From the NCBI GenBank assembly GCA_030697505.1, contig JAUYPX010000018.1, forward strand, positions 3,265 through 67,264: 64,000 nucleotides of DNA, read 5' to 3'. Below are positions 46,529 to 56,919 of this stretch, in pieces. The position numbers were made by a program, and so were the translations under genes. Position 1 is the first letter of the stretch, and the number at the start of each line of letters is the position of its first letter. The notes under the pieces are model-generated. The model searched no databases, was not told the origin of the DNA, and saw nothing but the letters and a program-made list of their open reading frames with translations. The DNA comes from Nanobdellota archaeon (GTDB lineage: Archaea > Nanobdellota > Nanobdellia > Woesearchaeales > GW2011-AR9).

Positions 46529-46613
46529 CGCTGAAGTAAGAAAAGTAATCTCTTTAAAACCATTTAGGAGTTGAGAAATAATAATTAAAATTCATTATTA
46601 CTGGAAAGTAGAA

Positions 46614-46847
46614 TTATAGCACTTCCAGCACTTTCTGCCGGCTCGTTTCCCCAGATTTTATGCGCACTGAAAGTTTGTATTCTTTCTTAAAATATTTTAT
46701 CAATTCGATGTTTGCTTTTCCTTTTTCTGGAGCAGACTTGAGATATAATTTTAATTTTCCATTTTCTTCTTTCAATTCGGTTCTGCCGGACTGAGGAATG
46801 ACTTTGATCTTCAGTCTGCCATTATCAATGTATTTATTGATGTCCAT
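46614..46847 (-). CDS. DUF167 (YggU-like) family protein
   Basis: KVIPQSGRTEL...KSAPEKGKANIELIKYFKKEYKL matches the DUF167 core. Start trimmed to the internal Met (MDINKYI); the ORF runs to 46913. Confidence 0.5.
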   Translation of the reverse strand: MDINKYIDNGRLKIKVIPQSGRTELKEENGKLKLYLKSAPEKGKANIELIKYFKKEYKLSVRIKSGETSRQKVLEVL

Positions 46848-47694
46848 GGGCAGCCAGAGCACGGGAAACGTAGAGGCTGAGCCAAGACAGGAAGAAGGCG
46901 GCCAGAAGAACATTCAGCAAGGTTGAAGAGAGAGGATAAAACAATAAGGCTTTACGGATCGGCAAAAGAATGACCGTTGCCAGCAACGCGGTAACGGTAG
47001 CAAAGAAGGCCACCAGGAGTGCTTTTTTCCAGTTTTTCTTGAAGCTGCTGAACCCTGCGCCGATGGATTCCCAGATTTTATACGATTTCACGAAATGATC
47101 GTAGACTAAAAAGATGATCACCATAAATAACACCACCAGATAAAAGAGAGTTGCGCCATCCAGCATGACTCGGATATTTTCCATCAAGGCAGTATGAGTG
47201 ATGTAAAAAACTGGCATGAGTTTTTCCGGAAGGCTGAGCAGCAGCAGCATGGCCAGTTTTACGACTAAGATTACTGCCAAGAAAAGTAAAAGCGGCACTA
47301 ATAAGGAAAGGTTAAGCAGATTCCAGCGCCAGTAATTTTTGCTATTCACTCTTTTGCCCTGCAGATGATTCCAGATTCGGGCGCGGGAATAGGAGAATAA
47401 GAATACTGAGCCGATAAGTAAGACCACTAATCCGATCAATGAAGAGATCAGAAACCATTTCAAGGCGCTCATGAAAGGCATCAGCTGTTGAGGGCTTAAG
47501 GAGATGAGCATCTGCTGCAGTTCCTCAGTAGTACGTCCCTGCAATAGGGCAAGAGAACGCGCCTGCGTATACGAAGAAAACCAGGTGAAGACAAAAACGA
47601 TAATGGAAATACTAAGCAGATCAATCAGAAAAGTACGCACAAACTCTTTTCCCAACCTGAAGGAATCAAGATATTGCTGTAGGTGTTTATTCAT
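46834..47694 (-). CDS. polytopic membrane protein, hypothetical
   Basis: At least 6 hydrophobic segments. Confidence 0.4.
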   Translation of the reverse strand: MNKHLQQYLDSFRLGKEFVRTFLIDLLSISIIVFVFTWFSSYTQARSLALLQGRTTEELQQMLISLSPQQLMPFMSALKWFLISSLIGLVVLLIGSVFLFSYSRARIWNHLQGKRVNSKNYWRWNLLNLSLLVPLLLFLAVILVVKLAMLLLLSLPEKLMPVFYITHTALMENIRVMLDGATLFYLVVLFMVIIFLVYDHFVKSYKIWESIGAGFSSFKKNWKKALLVAFFATVTALLATVILLPIRKALLFYPLSSTLLNVLLAAFFLSWLSLYVSRALAAHGHQ

Positions 47695-47750
47695 GTGAGT
47701 TCAGCATCTTTACGTTTTATAATCTTTTCTCTGCTCTTCTATCTCTATCC

Positions 47751-50381
47751 CTACCAGTCGGTATTCTTGCTTACTCCGCCCTGTTTCTGGGAAACGCTGG
47801 TAGAACCCTGTCCAGAGCGCTGCCAGTTGACTTCTCCGATAGAGGAAGTGACCGCACTGAAGCAGACATTATCTATTTTACCGAAACCGATGGCTGCTCC
47901 CTCACGCCCGGCTACATTCATGCTGATCGGCGCTTGATTCCAGACAATGCAAGCCTGGTCGTAGAGATTAGTTGAATATTTGATGATGACGTCCCGATCC
48001 GACGCGCCGTTCTGAAGTTGGATGGGCGAGGCAACATTGCCGTTAAGATTGTAGATGGGAGTAGCCTGCTCGCCTTTTTTGAGGAAGATGTTAAAGGATA
48101 CGGCAACACCGTTTTCATCTTTCAAGGGCGTAAAGGCTTCATCCCGCGGAGCGGAAGCAGCCCAGGTTATTTTATAGAAATATCCTTTCAGCGGATTTTT
48201 ACTGTCAGGAGCGCCATCACGATCTTCATCAGCATAACAGAATTGGTCTTTGACGCAGACCTGTCTTCTGTCGCAGATAAATTGTTGATCCGCTTCTTCA
48301 TCCGGATTCTTGTGGCAGAGGATAGGAGTCGCTTCCTGAGAGCGTTCCATCTGTATTGAAGCGACCGCCTGATAGGTTCCGGAGATAGTTTTGATCACCG
48401 CCTTTCCTTCCGGCTCGATGTCTTTCCAGTGCAATTCATCATTTTCACAGATCGCGGAAGGGATCCAGTTAGATCCCAGCAAGGGAGCGAAAGCTTTATC
48501 CATACCGCTGCGCCAGTCCTTATAGAACGTTGCTTTTCCGAAGATAAGATTGCTGATAGCCGGATAAGATTTGATACTGTTGGTGACCGCGTAGATGGAT
48601 TGGAGCGCACCTTGCGCTTGCGCTAAAGAACCTTGAGTGCTGGAATAACGATCGTCGGCTAATTTTTTGTTTTTTTCATTGGCAAGAAACTTATTGGCAA
48701 CATCAACTCCGAGAGGTTCTTCTCCCTTGGGCTGACCCTCTAATTCCGCTGCTGCCCAATTCCCTTTTTCATCTTTGGTTATTAGGCCTTTATTTCCATC
48801 TTTATCTGTGACTTCAAATAAGCCAGTATATCCTTTTTCTCCTCGCTGAGCAGCAATTCCGCTTCCATCAGGAAGTATCGTTCCTTCCTGTCTTCCGGTA
48901 AGAGGATTGAAAAGTTCCTTATCTTCTAATTTACGATTTGCGCCAGTGAATTCACGATCTGCCCCGGTAGGAGTTTTATAATCATAATCGATTAAATAAG
49001 ACTGGGGCTTTCCATCGGCATCGGAGATAGTGGCAGTACCACCGGTAGGAACCCAACAACCTCCTTTAGTAGAACATCCTGACTCGCCGTCTTTGTAATA
49101 ATCAATTTTCAAAGATTGTGATTCCTGAGTTTTGATAATCTGCATGGTTTCTTTATCGTAATCTACAGCAGTCATAACACCATCCTTTAACTGCATAAAG
49201 CCAGAAGATTCACCTTTCTCGCCAGGGAGCTGGATTCCTTGCGATAAGTCGCTTTTGCTGTCGGCAATATTTTTATCTTTAGGGAATTTATAAGAAGCAT
49301 CGCCGACTTTTACATTGCCACTCTCTGCTTCTTGGCTAATTAAGATTTGAGTATTTTTGATCAGGTATGTTTCAACTAACTTACCGTTTGCGAAACGATT
49401 TGCTTCCAATATTCCGTCTTCTCCTGCTTTCTTGTCAACAATTACCTCTCCGCCGCTGCCGCTCATAACTAACGTTCCCGCAGTTCCCGCACCCGGCCTT
49501 TCAAATATATTTTTTACTTTTCCTATACTTTTTTCAAACTGCTGGTAGCTAGAGCCGAGAGATTCTTGCAATTGAGATTTGGTATCCGGATTTATACCTG
49601 AAGCGGCTGCATTTTCTTGTAATTTTTGTAATGCCTGTGCTTCGGTTACTTTTACACCAGTTCCTTTGCTATTAACGATAAAATATTCCCCTTTACTGTT
49701 CTTAAAAACCGTTCCTTCTTTATGAAAGTCTTTATCTGTTTCCTTAGTCCAAGTAGGTATATTATTAGAAGTAGGAGTTGCCGCTGGTTGTTTTGCTGTT
49801 GTTGCAGTAGGTTGTTGTGATGAGGAAGTTCCTGCAGGAGTTGTTGATTTTGGAGTGGGCTGTGGCAATCCTCCCTTTACAAGATCAATCGGCACATTTT
49901 TATATCCTGCAGAATAAGTTGCTCCTTTAGTATCTACACAGCCGGCTTCAAGACACTCACATAATTGTCCCGAACACTGCCATCCTCCTGAGGAGGCCGC
50001 AGGAGTTGTAGATGGTGCCGGTTGCTGTTCTGGGGTACTAGGAACAGAATATTGTCCCTGCACCATATCTGTAATTGGCGCTGTTTTTCCTGAGCTATAT
50101 TTTTTACCATTAACGTCATAACAAACCAATACGGAATGACAAGTACATACAGAGCCTGTACATTCCCATAACACGGCAGATCCCACCAACGGCTCAGAGC
50201 GGTCAAACCAGGCTTTACCGGCTCTTGCTTCTTTGCTGCCGAATAAGAACTGCCAGATCTTGCATCCAAGATTGCAATCTGCAGGAGCTTCACTAGAGGA
50301 ATCATTTGTTTCTTGCGCTATCGCAAAGATGGAACTACATAAAAGGAAAAGTACCAACATCACAACCACTTTTTTCATCAT
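47751..50381 (-). CDS. large secreted Cys-rich protein with Thr/Pro/Ser-rich linkers, hypothetical surface protein
   Basis: Signal peptide, repeated Cys-containing modules (SGQLCECLEAGC, VCTCHSVLVC) and PT/S-rich linkers. Confidence 0.4.
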   Translation of the reverse strand: MMKKVVVMLVLFLLCSSIFAIAQETNDSSSEAPADCNLGCKIWQFLFGSKEARAGKAWFDRSEPLVGSAVLWECTGSVCTCHSVLVCYDVNGKKYSSGKTAPITDMVQGQYSVPSTPEQQPAPSTTPAASSGGWQCSGQLCECLEAGCVDTKGATYSAGYKNVPIDLVKGGLPQPTPKSTTPAGTSSSQQPTATTAKQPAATPTSNNIPTWTKETDKDFHKEGTVFKNSKGEYFIVNSKGTGVKVTEAQALQKLQENAAASGINPDTKSQLQESLGSSYQQFEKSIGKVKNIFERPGAGTAGTLVMSGSGGEVIVDKKAGEDGILEANRFANGKLVETYLIKNTQILISQEAESGNVKVGDASYKFPKDKNIADSKSDLSQGIQLPGEKGESSGFMQLKDGVMTAVDYDKETMQIIKTQESQSLKIDYYKDGESGCSTKGGCWVPTGGTATISDADGKPQSYLIDYDYKTPTGADREFTGANRKLEDKELFNPLTGRQEGTILPDGSGIAAQRGEKGYTGLFEVTDKDGNKGLITKDEKGNWAAAELEGQPKGEEPLGVDVANKFLANEKNKKLADDRYSSTQGSLAQAQGALQSIYAVTNSIKSYPAISNLIFGKATFYKDWRSGMDKAFAPLLGSNWIPSAICENDELHWKDIEPEGKAVIKTISGTYQAVASIQMERSQEATPILCHKNPDEEADQQFICDRRQVCVKDQFCYADEDRDGAPDSKNPLKGYFYKITWAASAPRDEAFTPLKDENGVAVSFNIFLKKGEQATPIYNLNGNVASPIQLQNGASDRDVIIKYSTNLYDQACIVWNQAPISMNVAGREGAAIGFGKIDNVCFSAVTSSIGEVNWQRSGQGSTSVSQKQGGVSKNTDW

Positions 50382-50382
50382 T

Positions 50383-50703
50383 TTAGACTATTTTTATTCC
50401 ATTTTTTACTGCTTCTTGCACTACACCTAACTCATTTTTTTTTCCACGAAATTCTTTGGGGGTTAAACAGACAAAATCAACAGGATAATCTAAATTCCAC
50501 TTCATATATAGTTGAGGAGCTCTTTGTAATCTTCGTTTTCCAATAAATTCTTTTGAGACTAATAATAAGTCTACGTCACTGCTTCTTTTTGCTTTCCCTG
50601 TTGCACGGGAACCAAATAAGTACATTTTATCTACAGAAATATCATCTGATACTTCTTGGGCAAAACCCTTCAACGCTTTCACTAAAGCTGCTTTTTTATC
50701 CAT
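50383..50703 (-). CDS. minimal nucleotidyltransferase (MNT antitoxin-like)
   Basis: LFGSRATGKAKRSSDVDLLLV is the GS..DxD Pol-beta NTase signature. Overlaps the upstream HEPN ORF. Confidence 0.6.
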   Translation of the reverse strand: MDKKAALVKALKGFAQEVSDDISVDKMYLFGSRATGKAKRSSDVDLLLVSKEFIGKRRLQRAPQLYMKWNLDYPVDFVCLTPKEFRGKKNELGVVQEAVKNGIKIV

Positions 50704-51053
50704 ATCAACACCTCTCCTGCCATTCCTAAGATTTCTTCTGCTTCATTCTTATTAATCTTGTCGGCAGGCAATTCATTACCTTCAGGATAACGAACTTCTA
50801 CATATACTGGATTGATTTCCGCGCACTTCTTAACTATTTCTAAAGGAGCATTCACTTCTCTCGCTAACTTAACCACATCATGGATTCGTAATAATTCCCC
50901 TTTCTCTTTAAGATATAAAGATTTTAATGCTTTCTCTACTGCTTGCTGTGATAGTAATGCAGAAACATAATAATCTTTAGAGTTAAAACTATTCTTTGAG
51001 CTCTTTAAATCACGTTCCGCTTGTTTCCACCACACCTCAATTTCTCTTTTCAT
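50682..51053 (-). CDS. HEPN-domain protein (putative toxin partner of the MNT)
   Basis: Helical protein with ALLSQQAVEKALK and a conserved R...H region (LLRIHDVVKL), typical of HEPN paired with MNT. Confidence 0.5.
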   Translation of the reverse strand: MKREIEVWWKQAERDLKSSKNSFNSKDYYVSALLSQQAVEKALKSLYLKEKGELLRIHDVVKLAREVNAPLEIVKKCAEINPVYVEVRYPEGNELPADKINKNEAEEILGMAGEVLIWIKKQL

Positions 51054-51054
51054 T

Positions 51055-54000
51055 TTATACTACTCCAAAGGTGCCGCCGACCGCGTCACAGTAATTCAAT
51101 CCGCCATTCTTGAAGTCGGCGATGACTGTGGTCAGGAAGCCGGCAACACTTTCTATGATTCCTATAATATCCCAAATAAAGTAGGCGTAGCTGCACGCTG
51201 ATGAACCCGTATTACTGACTGAACATAATGAACTGCATGTTACTATCGTTAAGGTATGGGCTATCGCAATAGGATCAGCTAAGGCCTTAGCCAATCCATT
51301 AATTATCTGATCGAAGAATTGGGAGAAGGGCAGGATATACCACAATTCTCCTACCACATATTTACAGACCAGCATATCTTCTAATTCTTCACACATGCTT
51401 ACTGTCGCCAATCCTGATCTGACTTCATTCTCCAGGCAGACAATTTTCCTACATTTGATCTGCCTGAGCTTATCAAGATTCTTGATGATTCCAGGAATGC
51501 ACAAACCGGCAATAGAAAGGAAGAGATTGTCGCGGATGTCCCGGGCAGGAAATGCTTCATTTTTTCCCAAAGGATCTCCCGGTGCTTTGAGCAATTCTAT
51601 TTTGTACACTTCAAGGATAAATGACTGCCATTTCCCATACCAGCCTAGATCAGCTTTCCCAGTCGGACGACAGGATAACACTTGAACTATTTTATCAATA
51701 ATATCGGAACCTTTACGCACTCCTTCTGATGCGCCGCTGAATCCAAAACAAGCGGCAGTCCGTCCAGCTTCTCCAATGCCGGGAATAACTTTAAAAGATT
51801 CAGTCCCTAATTTTCCTGCACTCTCAAATACGCCGATGATGGTTACTACGATATTGTAAATCTGCACTAAATAATCCACATACTTCAAAATATTAGCTAA
51901 TACACCAATTATATCCCAGGCAGTATTGATATCGTCACGAGCATCTTTGATCACTTGCTCTAGATTCTCATCCTGCGCTCCTAAGGCGGAAAAGGCAAAC
52001 GGCACCAGCACTTTCACCTGCTGCACTTCTGCTGCTCTGATGGCATTCTTGCCGACCTGAGAAAATATTTTCAAGGTACAGACATATTCGACTTCCTGTT
52101 TTACAAATTGGGTCTCTTCTTTCTGTCCGATCTGGAACATGGAACGCCCGTCAAACGGCTCAAACTCCACGATCACATTCGGCGTTGGCGCATAATCGCC
52201 GGCAGCAGATACGCCGCCGTATAATATAGCGCGGCTGATCTTCGGTGAATTGCTGTTAGTCTCCTCTTTCGCTGCTGTTTCTTTACCTGCAGCTTTCTTA
52301 CTGTCAGCAGTAGGAACCGCACAATTGACTAATTGGATATCCAGCGCTTTTACGTCGCTGAGATCAGAACTCAAAGATACTTTGAATGGCAATCGGGTAT
52401 AGGTAAGCTGGGTAGTATCTAAATCAATAAAGGCATTGGCGCCGCCGGCAGGAACAACTTTGCGCACTTCCCAGAAGTCAGGGTTTTCTTCCGTCGATAA
52501 TCCCAGCAAATCGAGAGTGATAGAAGCTTGCTCTTTGCCGCTCTTGAATCTCTTGGCATTCTTAGGCTCATTTTCTGATAAAGGCCAGCTCACCGCATCA
52601 TTTCCGGCGGTATCCTGCACTTGAACCGGAATTTCTACCCCGGATTCAGGACCACTTTTGATAGGCTCAGTCTCCAGCGCACATTCCCAGTGCCCTTCCA
52701 TCCGTTTACAATCCTGATCGGTAAAGATAACCCAGCCATCTTCGTCAATAAAATCATTGGCCGGATATTTATTCTCTGCGTCCAACAAGAGATCCTGGAC
52801 ATTCACTAAAACCCGCAGGCCGCTGCTTTCCGAGGCGCGCAAGACAATCTTCAGTTTATCATTGCTTTGAAAATAATTTTTATCGCCAACTTCAGAGACG
52901 CCGAATATTTCCACCGCTTCTACTTTCGGACCGGTGTTGTCGACCACAAATTCATATTCCGGCGCAGCGCCTTCGTTGCCGACGTTATCTTCAAATCGGG
53001 ATAAGCCGAAGGTTAATACCCCTTCATTGACATTTTCATCTACATCCCAATAGCATTCTAAAACGCCGGCCGTCTCCTGGCAGGCAGTCGGCTCAGCAAG
53101 ATTGCTCAGGCCGAAGCCGACTAAATTAGCGCGGATGCCTTCTTTGCTTATGCCTGCGCCTTGGTCATCAGCTCGCAAAATAATTCTATTCTCGCCGTCT
53201 TTCAAATGACTTTTTCCTTCAAACTGCCTGGCGGTGCCAAAGAACTTGATGCTCGGAGCAGAATTATCGACTACAAAAGTAGAAGATAAACTTTTCTCAG
53301 CCGCATTGCCTTTGGCATCCGTAGCTTTTACTAAGATCGCTATGCTGCTGGCAGGATCAACTTTCACATCCTTCCAGGTGCAATGCCAGAGATCATCGAT
53401 ATCGGCATCAGCTTCACAGCTGGCGGCATCGCCGTCAAGATCAGCCTGCTGAGAGTGCCCTATCACCACAGGAACACTTTTTTCCACTACCTCAACTACA
53501 ATATCGGTGGAAGAGGCAAACTCCCCGATGAATTTGCCAAATTTAGTGAAATTTAATTGGTTGCCGATCTGCGGCTTGATAAAGTCAGCAAAAAATGATA
53601 CCGAAGAGCTGAAGGAGACATGGCCTAAATTATCTTCAGCGCGGATCTTCAATTTTTTAATTCCATCACCGCTTAATTGCTGGGACTGCAAAATTCCTTC
53701 AAAGCCAGCATCATTAAGGTAACTAAAGGTTTCTTTTCCTTCAGGAAGGTCGATAGCCTGAAGAACATTGGCAGTATCGCTGTCGATAATATCAATTTTC
53801 TTTAATCCGGCAGAGGGAAAACCTTCTTTTTTATCATTCACGGTGAAATCAAGCTTGACTTTCCCGTCTTTATCCTGGCTTACTTTTCCCGGAGAGAAAA
53901 AAATCTGCGGAGCTGAGCCGTCTGCTTTGATCACTTCGCCGGCGGAAGCGCTCTCTTGTTTCAAGGCGGCATTGAGGAAAGAGTAAATCACTTGGAAGGC

Positions 54001-54351
54001 ATATTCTCCTTCCTGAATTCCATCAGTAAGCGGACTGATATATTTACACAATACTCCTAAGGTGCTGGGCGAACAGGAAGTGAAAGGAGCCTGATTATCG
54101 CCGATCTTAACTTTCACATCTTCCGGCTTGACGCTGGCATTACTGGTTCCTGCACCTGAGATCAACGCTTCCACGGTCCAGACGTCGCCTTGCGCATCAA
54201 TATGTTGCTGAAGTGCTGCTTCACCTTCATTTTTGGTGATCTGCACAGATGAAGCCAAAGCACTGGCAGAATACACCGGCATGCTTAGGACTAGCAGTAC
54301 CATAAACAAACCAGCCATGCTCCAGATGTTTTTTGCGTTTTGTGATTTCAT
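51055..54351 (-). CDS. giant secreted protein (1098 aa), hypothetical surface or adhesion protein
   Basis: Signal peptide, long beta-rich repeats, and a Cys-rich hydrophobic C-terminal region. Confidence 0.45.
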   Translation of the reverse strand: MKSQNAKNIWSMAGLFMVLLVLSMPVYSASALASSVQITKNEGEAALQQHIDAQGDVWTVEALISGAGTSNASVKPEDVKVKIGDNQAPFTSCSPSTLGVLCKYISPLTDGIQEGEYAFQVIYSFLNAALKQESASAGEVIKADGSAPQIFFSPGKVSQDKDGKVKLDFTVNDKKEGFPSAGLKKIDIIDSDTANVLQAIDLPEGKETFSYLNDAGFEGILQSQQLSGDGIKKLKIRAEDNLGHVSFSSSVSFFADFIKPQIGNQLNFTKFGKFIGEFASSTDIVVEVVEKSVPVVIGHSQQADLDGDAASCEADADIDDLWHCTWKDVKVDPASSIAILVKATDAKGNAAEKSLSSTFVVDNSAPSIKFFGTARQFEGKSHLKDGENRIILRADDQGAGISKEGIRANLVGFGLSNLAEPTACQETAGVLECYWDVDENVNEGVLTFGLSRFEDNVGNEGAAPEYEFVVDNTGPKVEAVEIFGVSEVGDKNYFQSNDKLKIVLRASESSGLRVLVNVQDLLLDAENKYPANDFIDEDGWVIFTDQDCKRMEGHWECALETEPIKSGPESGVEIPVQVQDTAGNDAVSWPLSENEPKNAKRFKSGKEQASITLDLLGLSTEENPDFWEVRKVVPAGGANAFIDLDTTQLTYTRLPFKVSLSSDLSDVKALDIQLVNCAVPTADSKKAAGKETAAKEETNSNSPKISRAILYGGVSAAGDYAPTPNVIVEFEPFDGRSMFQIGQKEETQFVKQEVEYVCTLKIFSQVGKNAIRAAEVQQVKVLVPFAFSALGAQDENLEQVIKDARDDINTAWDIIGVLANILKYVDYLVQIYNIVVTIIGVFESAGKLGTESFKVIPGIGEAGRTAACFGFSGASEGVRKGSDIIDKIVQVLSCRPTGKADLGWYGKWQSFILEVYKIELLKAPGDPLGKNEAFPARDIRDNLFLSIAGLCIPGIIKNLDKLRQIKCRKIVCLENEVRSGLATVSMCEELEDMLVCKYVVGELWYILPFSQFFDQIINGLAKALADPIAIAHTLTIVTCSSLCSVSNTGSSACSYAYFIWDIIGIIESVAGFLTTVIADFKNGGLNYCDAVGGTFGVV

Positions 54352-54356
54352 TTTCT

Positions 54357-56732
54357 CTATTCAAATATTGGTTCTAATTGCGGCCGTAACTTTTGAGATA
54401 AATTTCCCAGCTCCGCCATGGTGTTCAAGTCTTCTAAGATACGCACATGTTCCTGTTCGGGAACTCCTTCTAAATTGAAAGTAAGGACATTGAAAGTGAT
54501 CTTCCCGGCGCTGTAGAGCTGCTCCGGAGTGACCGTGAGATAGGTCTTCGGCTGATCCCATTGCAATCTTCCTGATAATAATTCATCGATAGCCTGCTGC
54601 TCATAAGTAAAACAGGTGATTAGGTTAGGACAGCGCTTTTCTTTAGGAATAATAAGAGGTTTTGAACTGGTCACTAAAGAAGTGACTTCATACACACCGG
54701 GGACTAATTCTAAAGAAGCAGTACCGTCTCCAGTCACCGTTGCAGCAGAAGAAAATTCTTCACTGAAAATTCCCGGAAGCGTATCGGAAACGCGCTTGAG
54801 CATGACTACAGCAGTTTCTTCTTTCGCAAGCGGCTTAGCCTGATTCAAAAATGACCAACTATGCTGCTCATGGAGAGATTCAGGAGCATAGGTATAGACA
54901 GAATTTCCGGGAGCAGCAAATAATCCCTGGGTGAAACATTCCCGATCCTGTCCCTCTTCATCAGCGATGCATTTTTCTAAACTCTTTTTACGAACGGACA
55001 TATTTACAAATACTTTTTTGTGCAGAGGAACAACTACGTCGGGAACCCCGGCAACTGCATAGCCGATCGTTCCGGTGCTTTCTCTGAATCTGTAAGTATC
55101 GACAGGATAAAAGCTGGTTAAATATTCTGATTTGACAAAGGAAGCGACTCCGCCGTAGACGGCAGGATATTTGCTTTCCAATACGCCGTGATTATCGGTG
55201 CTTCCCATCTGGCAATCATCTTGTTCAGGGATAGAGAATCCAACCTGTACTGCTTCTAAAGGCTTAAGCTCGCTGCTGTCTACGACCACAGTTTTTACCA
55301 ATCCAGTGTTGCGCTTGTCCGGATCGCAGACCATGCTGGGCTGCAATGCCGCTATCGGGGGAGGCTGGGTATATCCTTCAATAGGGACTTGATTGTTACG
55401 GAGATTTGCTTCTAAGGCAAAAGCAAAAGTGTATCCTCTGCCTTCAAGAGCATTAGGATCGCGAAGGGTAACTAAGACCGGATAACTTATATCGTACGTG
55501 GAATAATAACGATTTATATCAAGTGGTATTTTTGGCATGGGGGGAACTAGAGGGCCAATAAAAGTGCTAGGCTCGATATTGCCGCCCTTGTCATTCATAT
55601 CAAAATAGGTATTCCAGCCAAAATAATCAAAGTTGACATCCATTCCCTGTGCGGTCTCCAAAGGAAGAATCATGTTATCATAATGTTTCTGGTAAAGGTC
55701 GCGCAGGCCAAGGATAGCCCCTTCTTCCTGCGAGTATTCAAAGCGGTAGAAATTAGTGCTTCCCAAATAGCGCAGCAATGGAACACTGGAAGACAACAAG
55801 CTTTCTGTTTTCAATTTGACCTCGGATTCCGCCCAGACCACCGGAACCAGAGAGTTAAACGTCATCTGTTCCATGGGCGGCAGGCGAGTGTGATCGACAC
55901 CGGCGTAAGCAGTGATTAAGTCTAAAGCCTGTAATTCTAAGAAGCTGTGATTCTTTTCCACCGCAGCAAGTTCTGCAGCTGCATCATACATCTGTTTCAA
56001 GCGGATCGGCACAGGAACATAAAATTGATTCATTTCCGTCTCGGCATCACCTTTGCTGGCTTCAAGATCCATCTTCAGCCAGAAATTCACGCTTTGATCG
56101 GCGACCGTGACTTGCACTTCTTTCAATTCTTTGGAGCCTTCTTCCAGAGCAGGCGCTTCTATGGTAAATCCTTCGCTCTGCAGAGCAGCATAGTTGTTTA
56201 AGCATTCGCCGATATTTTCTTCTGCAAACCTGGACAATTGCGCTTCAATACTTAATTCAGGATCTTCGCGGGCATATAAAGCCGGCCTTTTAGAAGAATA
56301 CGATACCTGCGGATTGGCGTTGGGCAGAACGTTGTAATGCCAATAGGGAACTTTGATCGGCTCTAAATCCAGGCCATCGGTATCAGTAGGATCGGCAGCG
56401 GAATATTTCCCGGCTAATTCCGGATAGATGTAGCCGCCCTGCTGGCCTAAGACTAACAAGCCCCGCCTTCCTATCTGGGCCAGACAATTTTCTGTATACA
56501 ATTGCAGCGGCTGGAATTCCTGAGGGACAGCAGCGACAATGGGTTCGCCGGCAGCGGTAAGCTCTTCTTTGGTAGTGACTTTAGTGATATACAGAATTCC
56601 CGAAAAAACGAATAAAACGATGATGCCGATGATGATAAAAATAGTGACCTGTCCCTGTTTAGCCGGTGGAAAGATTTTATGATTAAAATTACTACTAAAA
56701 GTACTACTAGAGCTACCTCTTTTTTGCTTCAT
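54357..56732 (-). CDS. large (791 aa) protein with an N-terminal archaeal class III (type IV pilin-like) signal peptide
   Basis: N-terminal KQG followed by QVTIFIIIGIIVLFVFSGILYI fits the [KR][GA] then hydrophobic-helix prepilin pattern. Immediately upstream of the giant protein on the same strand. Confidence 0.45.
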   Translation of the reverse strand: MKQKRGSSSSTFSSNFNHKIFPPAKQGQVTIFIIIGIIVLFVFSGILYITKVTTKEELTAAGEPIVAAVPQEFQPLQLYTENCLAQIGRRGLLVLGQQGGYIYPELAGKYSAADPTDTDGLDLEPIKVPYWHYNVLPNANPQVSYSSKRPALYAREDPELSIEAQLSRFAEENIGECLNNYAALQSEGFTIEAPALEEGSKELKEVQVTVADQSVNFWLKMDLEASKGDAETEMNQFYVPVPIRLKQMYDAAAELAAVEKNHSFLELQALDLITAYAGVDHTRLPPMEQMTFNSLVPVVWAESEVKLKTESLLSSSVPLLRYLGSTNFYRFEYSQEEGAILGLRDLYQKHYDNMILPLETAQGMDVNFDYFGWNTYFDMNDKGGNIEPSTFIGPLVPPMPKIPLDINRYYSTYDISYPVLVTLRDPNALEGRGYTFAFALEANLRNNQVPIEGYTQPPPIAALQPSMVCDPDKRNTGLVKTVVVDSSELKPLEAVQVGFSIPEQDDCQMGSTDNHGVLESKYPAVYGGVASFVKSEYLTSFYPVDTYRFRESTGTIGYAVAGVPDVVVPLHKKVFVNMSVRKKSLEKCIADEEGQDRECFTQGLFAAPGNSVYTYAPESLHEQHSWSFLNQAKPLAKEETAVVMLKRVSDTLPGIFSEEFSSAATVTGDGTASLELVPGVYEVTSLVTSSKPLIIPKEKRCPNLITCFTYEQQAIDELLSGRLQWDQPKTYLTVTPEQLYSAGKITFNVLTFNLEGVPEQEHVRILEDLNTMAELGNLSQKLRPQLEPIFE

Positions 56733-56793
56733 TCTATCAGCTATGAGGAAAGAATGAAGGTATATAAAGATTACTAAAGCTCAGGCTTATTTT

Positions 56794-56919
56794 GAAAAGT
56801 CGCCGCCATGGCCAAGAGGCGAACCGAGCTAAGCTAGGCGTAAGCTAAAAGTTTAAGTTTCTTTTTCTTACTTTATTCAAACGGGAAAAAGACGAGGTGA
56901 GCGGCCAAGGCGACTTTTT
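56794..56919. ncRNA. candidate structured RNA, copy 2 of the ~125 nt element
   Basis: 5' (G)AAAAGTCGCC pairs with 3' GGCGACTTTT(T). Relative to copy 1 the helix differs at paired positions (C to T together with G to A), preserving pairing. Internal conserved blocks are shared with copy 1. Confidence 0.35.
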
